The notes beneath the pieces were generated by a model. That model saw only the letters and a program-made list of their open reading frames with translations, ran no database searches and was not told the DNA's origin. Below, piece after piece: positions 1-13,096 of a DNA stretch of 24,582 nt; position 1 is the first letter of the stretch; each line of letters starts with the position of its first letter. The position numbers were made by a program, and so were the translations under genes. The DNA lies in assembly GCA_024626585.2 (NCBI GenBank), contig JANKJI020000004.1, forward strand, positions 14,709,701 to 14,734,282. The letters are read 5' to 3'. The DNA is from Ginkgo biloba (Eukaryota; Plantae; Ginkgophyta).

Positions 1-901
1 GGAAACAAGAGTGGGAGCGGATACAGGATACAGACCCTTAGGATGGATCCCTATAACTCAACAATTAATGCATGATGAATTCCTGCAACTAGACTACAAC
101 ACATGTTGTCACTGTGGGTTCCAACCCTAGGACCCACATTTTCAAAATAAGTATCTCCCATCTCATCCACCTAACCTCTTATTAGTTGTGAAGAAAATGT
201 ATCTCAGAGGTATTGCAACCCTTGTTGAATTTTTGTTGCAATTATTTGTGCAACTTCTTACTCTGCATTCAAAATCTTCCATCTACTTATCCACCTAACC
301 TTGCAATGGTTGTCACTAGAATGTATGTCCAACATACTACAACCCCAGTTGTTTACACCATAGATTGGCAATACCACTTGAACTTTTGTTGCGGGTAACT
401 TTTTCTTCACAAGCATACTTGGAGACCACTCAGTCAAGCTCTTATATGCAGGAAACCGATCCAGTCTCACAAAGTCTGGTGAGAACCAACTCCCCCAACA
501 AAGTAAAAGCGAGTATTTCTGATAGCTCCTCGAATGATGCAGAAGAACAGGCTAAGTAAACTAATAGAGAAGATAATGGTCAAACAAATATGGACACAAA
601 GAAACATAGACAGCTGGAGAGACAGTCTGTTAACTCTCTGTTGGGATCATACTCAGACAACACTCAATCAAGATCTGATTTGCAGAGATCTAATGCAACT
701 GCAACAAGTCTGGTGAGAGCCAGTTCACCCTAGCAGGAAAAAAGAAAGCATCTCTGAGAGTTCTTTGTATGACGCAAAGGATTGGGCTAGGAGACAACGA
801 CCTGTAGACTCATTGGATAGACATCCAGCTGTGGCTTAGGCAATGATTGAGGTTAAGAATACTTTTTCAGCCCTTCAGTTAGGGCATACAGATACTTATA
901 C

Positions 902-1859
902 ATGAAGATCAAAATTTTGGCTTGGAATGTCAGGGGTGTTTCGGGACTTGAAAGACGAGCTCTTTTTGAGATTGGTCATTATCAAGACTCACCCTGATGT
1001 TCTTTTGCAAGAAGTTAAAATTAATGGTTTTCGGCTTAGAACTATGATGTCTAGTTGCTGGAATGGAGAGTTCATGGCAATGTCGCATACTGAAGGTCGT
1101 GGGGGCGCTATTTGTGTTATTGCTCCTTGGCTATCCTCTCATATCATAGATAAAGGAGATGATGCCAATGCCAGATGTGCCTGGATCACTCTCATGATAG
1201 CTGGTAATGTAAGGGGTTTCTGTTCGGTCTATGCTCCTAATGACCCAATTGGTAGGTCTTAGTTGTGGGATTGGATGACCTATTCACTTCTAGTGGCGGA
1301 GTGGGTCCTTGAAGGGGATTTCAATATGGTAGAATGGTATGGCGATTGAGTTGCAAGAAGAACTCTCACTCTCAATACAACGGAGAGTCAAGCTTGGAAT
1401 GACTGTAAGCGCGTGTTAGGTGTCAAAGATTATGTGGGGACAAAAAACTCGTGGCAATGGAGGCTGGTATACATGGTCAAATCAACAAAAAGGAGCTGAT
1501 CGTATTCAAGCACGATTGGATCGCTTCTATGCCAACTCTTAGGCAACCACGTTTGTTTCCAACTGCTCTAGGATGGTTCATACTGAGCTTGAAATCATGG
1601 GATCTGATCATTTGCCTGTTTCAACCACCATGGTGATAGGTGATGATTCTGGTATTATTTCTAAATTTCCCTACAAACTTAATGTTTTGTTGTTGGAATC
1701 AGAAGAGTGCCTTAAAGCCATTGAGAACGTATAAAATCTTCTACCTTGTCCATGAGGAGAGGATGGGTGGATTCTCTGGTGGGAGGCAGCGGTGTGTCGC
1801 ACGGTGAAGTTCATGAGAGGGTGGGGTCGCATGATAGCTCGCAGGAGGAGGAAGGAGCT
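902..1859 (+). mobile_element. Degenerate L1-like LINE ORF2, AP-endonuclease domain (pseudogenised, cut by gap)
   Basis: APE motifs across frameshifts and stops: MKIKILAWNVRG, VLLQE, GRGG, SVYAPND, WVLEGDFN, YTWSN, RLDRFY, SDHLPV. Confidence 0.9.
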
Positions 1860-1959
1860 NNNNNNNNNNNNNNNNNNNNNNNNNNNNNNNNNNNNNNNNN
1901 NNNNNNNNNNNNNNNNNNNNNNNNNNNNNNNNNNNNNNNNNNNNNNNNNNNNNNNNNNN

Positions 1960-2449
1960 CAAATGGTATATTTGTGGATCCCAAGAAGATCAAGGTGGTT
2001 CGTGAATGGAGGACTTTGATGAGTGTGCACGAGGTAAGCAACTTGCTTGGATTAGCCAACTTTTATAGAAAATTGATATTGAATATTTCCAAGTTAGCAT
2101 CTACTTTGATCGAATTGCTCAAGAAGTTGAAGAGGTTCAAGTGGATACAAGTGGCAAGCAAGCTTTGAAATTTTGTAGTAGAAGCTAACTAAAGCACTGA
2201 TGTTGACACTATCGGATGTTACAAGACCCTTTACTATTGAAATTGATGCACGTGGAGTAGCCATTAGAGTAGTTTTGTCACAAGATTGTAAGGTAGTGGC
2301 TAACGAAAGCCGCAAGATGAATGAAGTTGAGCATAGGTACCCTATTTATGATTAGGAGATTTTGGCCATCATCTATGCTAGAAAGATATGGAAGCACTAC
2401 TAGAAGAAAAATGAGTTCAAGGAGGTGATTGACTATAAACCATTGTTAT
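1960..2449 (+). mobile_element. Degenerate Ty3/gypsy pol fragment (RT thumb/connection to RNase H)
   Basis: GIFVDPKKIKVVREW..LGLANFYRK..PFTIEIDARGVAIRVVLSQ..ESRKMNEVEHRYPIYD*EILAII..WKHY..DYKPL, with several stops and a frameshift. Confidence 0.9.
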
Positions 2450-3283
2450 TGTAACAACCCTCTCTCCTACTTCTCCATAACAAGCCTTAACAATAAGTAT
2501 TGGTATTTATAAATGCTAAGTCATATGAGGCGACTTTAGTCATATAATCAAATTATTAAGCTACCATGCCTAATGTGCACGCAATCCACATGTAGTTATA
2601 ACACACAATTAAAAGACAAAAATATTTATTTATGTTAGTTGTAAGTCTATTAGTTAAGTTAGTAGGATAGGGACTGCTAGTAAGGATGTCTTGCAACCTG
2701 AGTACCAAGCACCATTTATTGGCCATGCAGATTGCCTATGGCACTTGAACTTAGTGGGCAACCAAACCTCCAATGCATAAATGCAACTGTCAACTCCTAG
2801 TGGCTATGAGAGATCCATTGGAGTCCTCTCCTCAACTATGCTCAGACAAGGATGCCAAATGTAGACCCATTAGGCCTCTTTGGCATCATGGATAGCCTCT
2901 CATCAAAGAAACTATCCATCCCCAACTGATGAATGTTTGGTTCCGAGCTCAAACCCTTGGTCTACACCAAGATCCCTAGACCAGAAACCCTATTGATTTT
3001 CATGGATGCACCTACAAACCATGAGTGTATGACTACAACAACAACCATACCCTAATAACCATTAGACCTGCGACTACACGCATAGTCACAATTGGTAGAA
3101 TTTAGCACAATTATACACCTAGCTCTTATTGGCAAAAGCCACTACTAGTGAACCCAATCACATCCATGAAAGGGTCATTAAATGCCTCTAAGGGAGGCAC
3201 CTTAGACCAACGCTTCATACAAGTCCCTCAGATGGTCTCAACTTGGAGCCTAGACTACTCTAGGCCAAGTTGCTAGGGTTTCT
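2450..3283. mobile_element. LTR-like repeat family A, copy 1 (starts TGTAACAACCC; interrupts the gypsy RNase H)
   Basis: LTR-type terminus at 2450. 2527-3283 aligns by eye with 20751-21508 (shared blocks gatgtcttgcaacct, gtatgactacaacaac, aacccaatcacatccatgaaag, atgcctctaagggaggca, caagttgctagggtttct). Confidence 0.75.
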
Positions 3284-3383
3284 NNNNNNNNNNNNNNNNN
3301 NNNNNNNNNNNNNNNNNNNNNNNNNNNNNNNNNNNNNNNNNNNNNNNNNNNNNNNNNNNNNNNNNNNNNNNNNNNNNNNNNNN

Positions 3384-3766
3384 CTTATTTGGATTGAATC
3401 TAGTACTTGATATAAATACATATATATATATATATGTATGTATGTATGTATGTATCTTTGTTTTCTATTTTTATTGCAGGTTTAAATGGATTTATGATGC
3501 AAGTTTAGAGGGCAGGCTGTTACACTCGAAAAAGGCTTCGGCATTTTGACACAGGCATGTGGGATTACCTCTAGATGGTGAAGTAAGAAATGTTGTAGGA
3601 ACCATCTAGCATATAAACTCCAAGGGTGATTGACCCTATAAGACCCTCACGATCATTGACCTATGCCTCTACCACCACACATAGGCCAACATGTCTATAA
3701 AATGGGTGTTTTGCTACATCAACCTCTGGGACCAACTTATGTGTTTGATGAAAGGGGCCTGTAACA
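3384..3766. mobile_element. Probable LTR end fragment
   Basis: Ends in GGGGCCTGTAACA, a typical plant LTR terminus. Non-coding. Confidence 0.4.
3420..3455. repeat. Compound microsatellite (TA)n(TATG)n
   Basis: atatatatatatatatgtatgtatgtatgtatgtat read directly. Confidence 0.9.
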
Positions 3767-4364
3767 AGTTACTCATTTGGTTCTTGAGTAGTTCATTTGA
3801 AATAGAAGAGATAAGATAGCTAGGCTCAAGTTGTAGAATTAGTTCATAGAGAACTTATCCTACTATCTTCGAATGGACAACTTGGATGAATGTATAGTGA
3901 TCAATCTAGGATTTATATAGGCCAGCGATACTACTAGAGGATCTATTCAAATGAACAACATGGTTCCTTCTTTTGAAAGGGTTCAATGAATGTACATTGG
4001 TTACTAGAAACATAGATTTCTTATGAAATAATCTTGAATACATTGTATATACCATTCGAGTGTAAAAAACAGGAAGCTATGCATACTATGTAGATATCAA
4101 TATACTTAGTTGGAGGTTTTTGATCTTTTATTCATACTAAATGCAAGCGATTATCATAGGTGTACTTTTGCAGAAGGCTTTCGTAAATCTTTATCTTTTT
4201 TTTTCCACCCTAGGGTTTGATTGCCGCCTTCTTCACAAATTTGAATTTATTTTCTAAAAATCTGAATTTTCTTTTACGTTAGGGTTTGAACACCTTCAAA
4301 AAATTCGAATACTGCAATCAAGGTTTAAAAAACCCTTCCTTGATTCTTCGCTCTCGAACCACGT

Positions 4365-4376
4365 GATCTGATACCA
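4365..4376 (-). other. tRNA-iMet primer-binding site of an LTR retrotransposon
   Basis: GATCTGATACCA is the reverse complement of TGGTATCAGATC (11/12 match to TGGTATCAGAGC). It is followed by a 2-nt spacer and the TG LTR boundary at 4379. Confidence 0.8.
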
Positions 4377-4378
4377 AA

Positions 4379-4700
4379 TGTGAACTTAGGATCACAGTGG
4401 TAATTGAGGAAAATCGAGAACATACAAGAAGAATCAACCACAAGACACCAGATTTTTGGGTAGAAGTGGTCTACCATAGATTTTATTTTTATCGCAGTAC
4501 TTAATGGATGAATGTGATTGANNNNNNNNNNNNNNNNNNNNNNNNNNNNNNNNNNNNNNNNNNNNNNNNNNNNNNNNNNNNNNNNNNNNNNNNNNNNNNN
4601 NNNNNNNNNNNNNNNNNNNNNATTAATTACATAAAGTACAATTACATTTAATACAATGAATAAACATAAGGAAGGTGACTAAACATTAATTATTCCAACA
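4379..4700 (-). mobile_element. LTR (copia-like) spanning a gap; PBS on one side, PPT-like tract on the other
   Basis: Starts TGTG at 4379 next to the PBS and ends CCAACA at 4700, followed by CCCCTTT (minus strand AAAGGGG|TGTTGG). Continuity across gap 4522-4621 is assumed. Confidence 0.6.
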
Positions 4701-4759
4701 CCCCTTTAGGGCATTAAATGCACCACAATTAATAATAAATGTGATTTTATGCAAACCCT

Positions 4760-5150
4760 AAGTTGACTTTGACCAATTTGACCGAGTCAAATTGTTCCTT
4801 ATGCTAACATCATAATTTGTACTTTAGGTCGACTAAAGGCTTTGACCAACATTTGACTGTCATAAATGACCCTTAAGTCAGTCATCTTTTGTGGTTGATG
4901 TCATTTGTACTTCAGGTTGGCTTCTGACATCATTGATCAAGTTTGACCACGTCCTAAATGCACTTAAAAGTCGGTCAACGTCATTTGTACTTCCTTAAGT
5001 CGGTTTATGACATTATTAATGATTTGTATTGCTTATTAAAGTCAACTGGCATCATAATAAATGCAGTTGTACTTAGTAACAAATGTGGTTGTCTTAAGAG
5101 TTTTGACTAGGTTGACCACATCTTTGACTCCTTTGACCGCTTTGACCAAC
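4760..5150. repeat. Degenerate ~80-88 bp tandem repeat rich in TTGAC motifs
   Basis: ATTTGTACTT recurs at 4815, 4903 and 4983. TTGAC cluster at 5103, 5112, 5124, 5133 and 5142. Confidence 0.6.
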
Positions 5151-8100
5151 AAAATTTGCTATTGTAGACATCATTAATGTTGTTGCCACGTCATCCTTCA
5201 TGCTGCCATGTCATTGCTAAGGCACATCATCATTTGTTGTCGCTACATGAATCATGTCGTTAGTTTGCAAACAATAAATAAGCCCCAATTAAGATACCAT
5301 GTCAATGAGTAGCTTGCAACAAGATCAATATTCACCTACATAGGGCATTGGATAACTGTTCATATTAGATGGGTTAACAAATCATATCAGGGTGGGGAAT
5401 AATTTGGTCTTGTCAATTCCATGTTGGGAAGTCATTTGTAACAGTGTTATAGGCTCTTTAGATTTGCTTTCTAGAACTTGCATTGTCTCAAACAAGTATA
5501 GGATCATTATGAGAAGAGAGTAACCTACTCAAGGACCAAATCCAACTAAAGTTTAGGAGTCCAATGACTTAGTAGGACCTTAAGGGACTTATATGCTAGA
5601 CGGTCCCCTAGCAAGCNNNNNNNNNNNNNNNNNNNNNNNNNNNNNNNNNATCTCTGAAGGATCCCATGCATGACACAAAAGTATCATCCCTTGTAGCACA
5701 TGAGAGATCTAGCCTTGCTGCTTTGCGGTTCTAGGAATCCATCCTTGTAACAATCTCACTTCTTAAACCTGCATGCTAAAGATATTTAGTGTTGCAAAAA
5801 GCATAAGCCATCATAGTGCAAATGCATAAAAAAAATATTCATTTATATTAAATAATGAAGTACTAAAAGTACAAACACACACTAGGCTTAAAAGTCTAGA
5901 CTATTAAAGAAAAAATTAGACTTGGCAACATGAACTAGCAAACATTGTTGCAGCTTACTTAGCTACCAACCAAACCCCCTACGCACAAATGCTAACCATC
6001 GGCACCAAGTAGCCTCCCTGCTTGATTCCACCTCTTGTAACTAATAAGAGTGCCAAGTGTGGGTCTGTTTTTAACCCCTCTTCGGCACTAGGGCTATCTC
6101 CCTATGAGATAACCCAACCCACTAATAGTACATGAATACAGGCATACTGACTGCATACATAAGTGTGAGCANNNNNNNNNNNNNNNNNNNNNNNNNNNNN
6201 NNNNNNNNNNNNNNNNCCCTACCCTCACTGTCAATTGCCAACGACTCCAAGTCACACAATGCTCACATGGGTTATGGCTTGTATAGTCCCAACCCAGACA
6301 TAGTGCATCCAATGCACCTAACAATTCTCTTAGTGGTTACCATGGTAGGACAAGCCGCCAAGAATTGGGCTCTAGGGTTTCAAACCTAACAACTAGGGAA
6401 GAAGAATGACTCATCGAACCCTAATGTCCATACATAAGCAAAAACCACCATAAACAATGCAAAAAAACACATCAACTAAGGGCACCCTATTGTAAGGAGT
6501 CTAACTCTGCATTTCTAGGGTAAACTGACCCATAATAATGCATAAACAAGCATATTTTAAATTTTGAGACCTTATTGTTAATGCATAGTCACAGTACATA
6601 GTAACAATATGCAGAAATAATATATAAATAGTAAGGTTGAATTGCATACATTGGAATGAGGGTCTTACCCAATGAATCCAATGGAGGTGCCAAAAGTTTC
6701 CTTGCGCTGAAACGACTCAATTCTACCCTCTAGATTGCAACACTCCACCTACAAAAGTTGTGCAATACTAGTGCAAAACCACATCTTAATGCACAATCAC
6801 AGTGCAATACCAAACTTAGTGCACAGTCAAGGTGTAGAATCCACAGATAATGTGCATTAATACTGTAGAATCAGGTCACCAANNNNNNNNNNNNNNNNNN
6901 NNNNNNNNNNNNNNNNNNNNNNNNNNNNNNNNNNNNNNNNNNNNNNNNNNNNNNNNNNNNNNNNNNNNNNNNNNNNNNNNNNATCATATGTATTGGGAGG
7001 TTACCACCCTCGAAGTGGCAGATAATAAAATCATCTTACGTCCTTTTGTGATCTTTGCATTTTGTTATTCTCTTGTTCGTGCTTTCTTTGGATTATTGTT
7101 GTAGGTTCATTACACCCTTGTTCCCTCCTTGACGAAGCACAGTGGAACCTTGCTAGAAACCTGAAAATCTTTACTCCCGTGGGTAAAATTCCTTGCTATC
7201 CACTTTTTGAAGTTTTCTTCACTGTTAAAAAATATGAAATTCTGACTTAGCTTAGGGTTTTATCATCAAAAAGTAAAATTTTTTGATGGGGTAGTGTGCC
7301 TAAATATTTGGGTAAATATTTAAAAAAAAAATGCAGATTTTCTTTTTAATTTTTTTGAGTCCTGCTTTGGAGACGACGGCGGCTCCTCACAGGGACAGTA
7401 CCTGGGGACGACCGGGTATGGCCCGACTATCTCGGGTACTGGATGTACTCCCACTTGCATCCTGGGTGCGGGTCCCTTGCTAGACGGGGACGCGCACTCG
7501 GCTACACAAAGTGATTCTTAAAAGATTAAAGTAGGTTACTAGACGGTTTAGGTATCCCAGACCACCAAAGGAGCCCACTTGCTGGCTAGCAACAGAGGTA
7601 GCTGACCAGAGAGCACTTGGATGAACTGGGAGGAGACGTTTTTGCATCCAGGAGAAGGCAAGAAGGCCCAAGGACTGATCAAAGGAGCAAAATATGTTTC
7701 ATGAAGGAGACCAAGGAGATTTCCTATTTTTACATTATGGATCTTCATGTGTGTCCACCCCTTTATTTGTATCTCTGTATTTGAATGTACCAGTGTGTTT
7801 TAGTACTCGGCCCCAAGTGGGAGCATTTATATCTGAATGAGAATGGAATCTTTGCTTTCAATCTTATGTTTCTGGCCCTGTTGTAATATAGGATTTGAAA
7901 GACTTATTTTCTGAATGTCTTGCAAAATAATGTTTCTTTTAGTAGTCATCTGGTCATTTTGGTGAGTTTTGAAAGAAAATAGAAGTTTGATATATTATTT
8001 GGTATAAGTTTCTTGGTGAATTCATCATAAGTACTAAGTGATATATCAATCATCTCCTAGAAGCTAAGTAACTTGAAGGTATGCATTAACCTATCAAGTC

Positions 8101-9857
8101 CATCATGTCTATCTTTTGAAGCTAAAATGTCTGGTTTACCCATCACCTTAGCCTTACTGGTAGATAATTGAGTCTTTTTTTTCTTCCACGAAAATCTACT
8201 TCCTACTTACATTAAGATTATTTCTCCTCTTGAAATCACCTTCTCCCCTTCACCGAATGTTTATTTATTATCACTTCTTTTTATTGCACCTAATTTGCAT
8301 GTTCACTTTTTCATGCATATGGATTTCTTTTTTGTTTAATAAGGGGTAACTGCACTCACTGCAAAGCACATTCCTATATGTTACGGTCAAAATGTTGTTA
8401 TTTTGAGTCAGAGAGAGTTCTTATTTGCACAGGGACATTGAGTTATTAACAATGTGATATGGAAGTGAACCAACAATGGCCTATATATAGGCCACAAATG
8501 GTTAAAGGAGGCACTTCTTTGTTATACTTTTTCATCGTGTGACCCTTCATTTANNNNNNNNNNNNNNNATTAATAAGTATTATTTATTACTAATTACTAG
8601 TTAATTCTTATTAAAGTTATACTATTGATTAACTAATAATCATTGTTAATTAAGATCATAACAATTAGAGGATGATCAAATCCTAATGGATGATAAATAC
8701 TTCTATGTGAATCCATAATGAAAGAAGCAATTCCTTGAGATAAAAGAAGATCATAACACTAATACAATTATGCCTAACTTTATAACTANNNNNNNNNNNN
8801 NNNNNNNNNNNNNNNNNNNNNNNNNNNNNNNNNNNNNNNNNNNNNNNNNNNNNNNNNNNNNNNNNNNNNNNNNNNNNNNNNNNNNNNNATGTCCAACAAT
8901 GGTAGCATGGTTATGACTCAATAGCTCATCCCCTAGGTTTAGCAGTCCTGTCTTGTCCCTTCACTGCTTGGTGTGATGATTGGGGTCTTTTATTGTGGAT
9001 TATCTTGATTGGTATCTATTTCTATTTCATACGAGTTAATTTGAAATGATTTGACTAACTAATTTTGATATGGGTTAAAGACCAGACTGTACACCCATGG
9101 CAATGAATTGCCATAGAAATGGTNNNNNNNNNNNNNNNNNNNTAGTGATGCCATACTCATAAATTGTCAAAACACTACATATCTTAAAATAAGCATTAAA
9201 CATTCCATAACACAACTTGATAAATAAAGCTATTATGTAAAAAAGTTAATGGAAAAATTCAAGTGAAAATATATCTAATCATTTAAGTTTGACAACTTTG
9301 TTGGAGTTCTAGTTAGCCTATTGAGACATCAAAATTCTTTCCTTGGTCTTTTCAACTCGAAAAGTTATCAATAAGTTATATGAAAAGAAAAAAATAGAGC
9401 TTCACAAAAATAATACCAAAAAATGAATGACAATAATAGGAGCAAATCAATCTTTATCCAAAATTTTTTGTTTTAATGACTCAATTTAATAAGTTTTATC
9501 CACCAAAATTATTAATTTAATAAAAGAGATAAAAGTTTAGATAATCTAAGATTAAATTATCAAGATATAATTTATAATGTGTATCATCCTTTTGTCAATC
9601 GTTTATCTTATTTTATAGACTTCAATATAATAAATATTATATCATGACATTCACTTGTTCATAATTTAATAAACATTTTATACAATTATACTAAAAAAAT
9701 TGGCATGTTCGATCACGCCTTTCATTAATGAAGAAAGAATAGATTATTTAAAAATTAAAATGATAAAAGTTAATAGCATAATTCTTAGATTATTATTATA
9801 TTGAAAAATTTATATCTCACCAATCTCTCATTAATAGTGTAAGTAATGAAATATGTC

Positions 9858-9877
9858 ATAATAATAATAATAATAAT
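9858..9877. repeat. (AAT)n microsatellite within a very AT-rich block (about 9150-10098)
   Basis: ataataataataataataat read directly. Confidence 0.8.
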
Positions 9878-10198
9878 TGATCATTAAAGTATTTAATATA
9901 TGATTTCATAGATTTGTCTTTCTATTTTGTGTTAACCTTTTTTTTAAACTTGAATCATTACTAAATATTAGAAAGTATTTAAAAGTAATGAATGAAGAGT
10001 CATTCATTATTTATTTTATATTAATCATTGTGTCATTATAAAGTAAATATAATTACATATAATTGTATCTCTTAAATCAAATTAAATCATAATAATAANN
10101 NNNNNNNNNNNNNNNNNNNNNNNNNNNNNNNNNNNNNNNNNNNNNNNNNNNNNNNNNNNNNNNNNNNNNNNNNNNNNNNNNNNNNNNNNNNNNNNNNN

Positions 10199-10571
10199 AG
10201 GGTGCGTCTCTACTTCAAGTCGGCTGACAGTGTAGGCACGTGCCTGTTTAGTTCTTTTGCAAAAGTTAAGTTGTGCCCTAAAACTAGGCACTAGGGTTTA
10301 AGGAACACTGTTTTAGCTTTTTAAGCTGTTTTTTGGCCTTATTTAAGGGTCCCATAACCATAAATGGCTACCAACTTAACGGTTACTCTACTTGTTTCAA
10401 AGCTAAGCTCTTTCTTAGCGTTCTTCACAAATAAAGGTCTTTTCTTAGCGACTAAGGCTACTTAAACTTTATCATAATGTTTTGACCAACTTTGACTCCT
10501 CTTTGATCATGTTTGACCAGCTTTGACGAAATTTGACCAAGCCTTGACTGTGGTTGACTGCAGCTGTAACA
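10199..10571. mobile_element. LTR-like terminus with phased TTGAC array, ending TGTAACA
   Basis: Similar to 19100-19490 (ggcactagggttt, aagggtcccat, tttcaaag(c/t)taa, TTGAC array, TAACA end). Confidence 0.7.
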
Positions 10572-13096
10572 AATCTTCCTTTCCTGCTGCTAACAGTTCA
10601 CATTTATGTTGTGATGGTTTGAATGGGGTGTTATCTCCCTAGCTGAAGCTCCTGAAATCCAGTTTTCCAAGGTGGCTTGTTCAATCCCTAAGGTTGGCCA
10701 ATTGGTGAAGAGAAAATGCTTTCATCACATCGGTAAATCTTTCAAATCTGATGAAGGGTGACATTTTTGCCAATGAGGAATGGCAGCCTCATGCGGCCAT
10801 TATAATAACCAAGCCTTCAAACAAGAAGATAGCTTGTTCTTCTAGCCACTGTGTAGTGGATTTTGAGAAAGCACACCTATGCTGAAGAGATAGGATGCTG
10901 CCTGAATTTTTCTGGATAATGCTGATAAGTCCCACAGTGGCTTCCCATGAATAAAGCCTTTATCCATGATTTCCAGCATTTGATCCACCTATTTTTTTTC
11001 CTTCTAATCTTCTCCTTCAGTCATATACATTCTTTGAGCTATATCCATAAGAGAACAGCATAGCATTTTTATCGATATGAGTTTGGGTTCAAGTAGAAAA
11101 ATATATCACTTTGGAACTTTTCTCATTGTGCTACAGTATTATTTGAGAAACATAGAGGACGTTTCAAAGTCTCAGTCAAAGGCTACCGGAATCCATAAAA
11201 ATAAATTGTACCCTCATGTACATTTTGGTATGGTCGAGTAGCATGCCATTGTTGAAGTTCAAAAAAAAAAAAAAAATAAGNNNNNNNNNNNNNNNNNNNN
11301 NNNNNNNNNNNNNNNNNNNNNNNNNNNNNNNNNNNNNNNNNNNNNNNNNNNNNNNNNNNNNNNNNNNNNNNNNNNNNNNNCACACGTTTCTGCACCTTAA
11401 CTCTACAACCTATTCAGCACCAAGCAGGTACATCACGTGAAAACCAGAAGAGGGAGATATAAGAAGTATTTGGTGAAGTGGGATGGTTTATAGCAGGAAG
11501 ATAGTACATGGATTATAGAAGATGAGCTCAAGAGCCTGGATGAGGAGAAATGGAAGATTTTGAAGCTAAGTGTTTGTGGGAGGACCTACAAACTTTTGTA
11601 AGAAGGGGAGAATAATGCAAGAGCATCACGATATCACCTCAATAGTGTGCATAGTTTTGTAAACTAATATGCAAAGCTAGAGAGTATTGATAAGCTACCA
11701 TCCATTTTAACAGATTGATAACATTTTGTGAAGAGTAACATCGAAGAACATATAGAGGGGGATGGTGTCGGGTAAGAGGGTTGGTGACTCTGTCCCCTAC
11801 CTTAATTAATATAGATTCCTACACTAGGAAGGCCAAGCAATGGAAACACACAGATGAACGATGCTAATATGAAGGAAGCATTTAATATTTTATCTACCAA
11901 GCGACTGAAGAGGATGAATTGAGGAAGGTGAAGCCCTAAAGATGTCATGCAGGGCTTTGAATCCTCACCAAACACAGTTGTTGGAGCCAAAGGAGACATT
12001 GTGTACTAGTCGTTTATGATTGTTGAAGTTCAATTATAACTGAAAAATAAGTATACTACTACCAACCAAGATGATTAGGTTTACGTGTTATGTAGGTCCA
12101 GTTACTTCCCATGTTCATCTCCCCTTTTCTGTAATTCATCTTAGCTTCTACTTCGTTCTATGTTGTGTTCCTTTTGCAATGCATCGCCATGTAAATTAAC
12201 ACATACTGTAAATGCGCATTGTCAAGCTGCTTTTTAAGATATGGTGGGAATATGAATTATTAAATCCTTTAGGGATGAGAAAATCTTTAGAAACTGTTGT
12301 CCTGATTGTAGTTTGTTGAATACTTTTGGGCATATTATGTTGAATCCTATGTTTTTTCTCGGAAGACTATCTTAAAGGTGGCTGGATCTGTCAACTAAAT
12401 GCCATTGTCATGCACGTGTTNNNNNNNNNNGATATTGGATATATGTTAGTAAGGAGAAACTCGTCTTGAGTTCTGCACGACAAATTGGTTCACATTAGGT
12501 AAAAGCTTTTACCAGAGCTTGAGGGTTAAATTTTCCTCTCGTTCAGTCCAGTCAGTAGTAATTCAACAAAAACGTTACTATTAGCGAGTAATGAGTTATT
12601 TTAGTTGAAATACCCCTGAAACATGGTTATTTGATGTATCTAGAGTTATAAGAGAGTAGTTGGTTTGAATTTAAACTTGTTTGAAATTTTATTTGTTATT
12701 TGAACTTAAGAAATATAGTTTCAAAGTGATAATCCTTATTCAAGAATATTATAAAGAGTGCTTAGTTTTTCTACCTTAGTGGTTATTGCCTATAGTAAAT
12801 TTTAAGAGGATTAATATGGTTAAATTTTGGCCATATGAGGTTTTGGAAAATGAATTCAACTTACTTTTAGATGAATTAAGAAAAATGTAGAGGTTAATGT
12901 TAGCCTGTATCAACCTAGATATCAACTATTATAGATCATTGTAGGGAAAATCTTAAGGATTGCCTTATTTTTTATAAGTATAATTAATTGGTGAATNNNN
13001 NNNNNNNNNNNNNNNNNNNNNNNNNNNNNNNNNNNNNNNNNNNNNNNNNNNNNNNNNNNNNNNNNNNNNNNNNNNNNNNNNNNNNNNNNNNNNNNN

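Noticed and set aside
200-900. LINE ORF1 remnant upstream of the endonuclease
   Set aside because: Position is plausible but no diagnostic motif (RRM or zinc knuckle) is visible.
1746-2168. 140-aa ORF suggesting a LINE-gypsy fusion protein
   Set aside because: Artefact of reading through a 100-N gap. The left part is out-of-frame LINE sequence and the right part is gypsy RT.
9098-9115. Short hairpin ATGGCAATgaATTGCCAT (and GTCGCC..GGCGAC near 23625-23650)
   Set aside because: Stems this short are expected by chance and there is no ncRNA context.
11183-11395. Minus-strand peptide HATRPYQ resembling the missing DNMT2 HRPYQ exon end
   Set aside because: Wrong strand, no GT donor after the Gln codon and no upstream motif I-III similarity.
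11400-12010. Purine-rich stretch possibly from a LINE 3' region
   Set aside because: Too decayed to recover motifs by eye.
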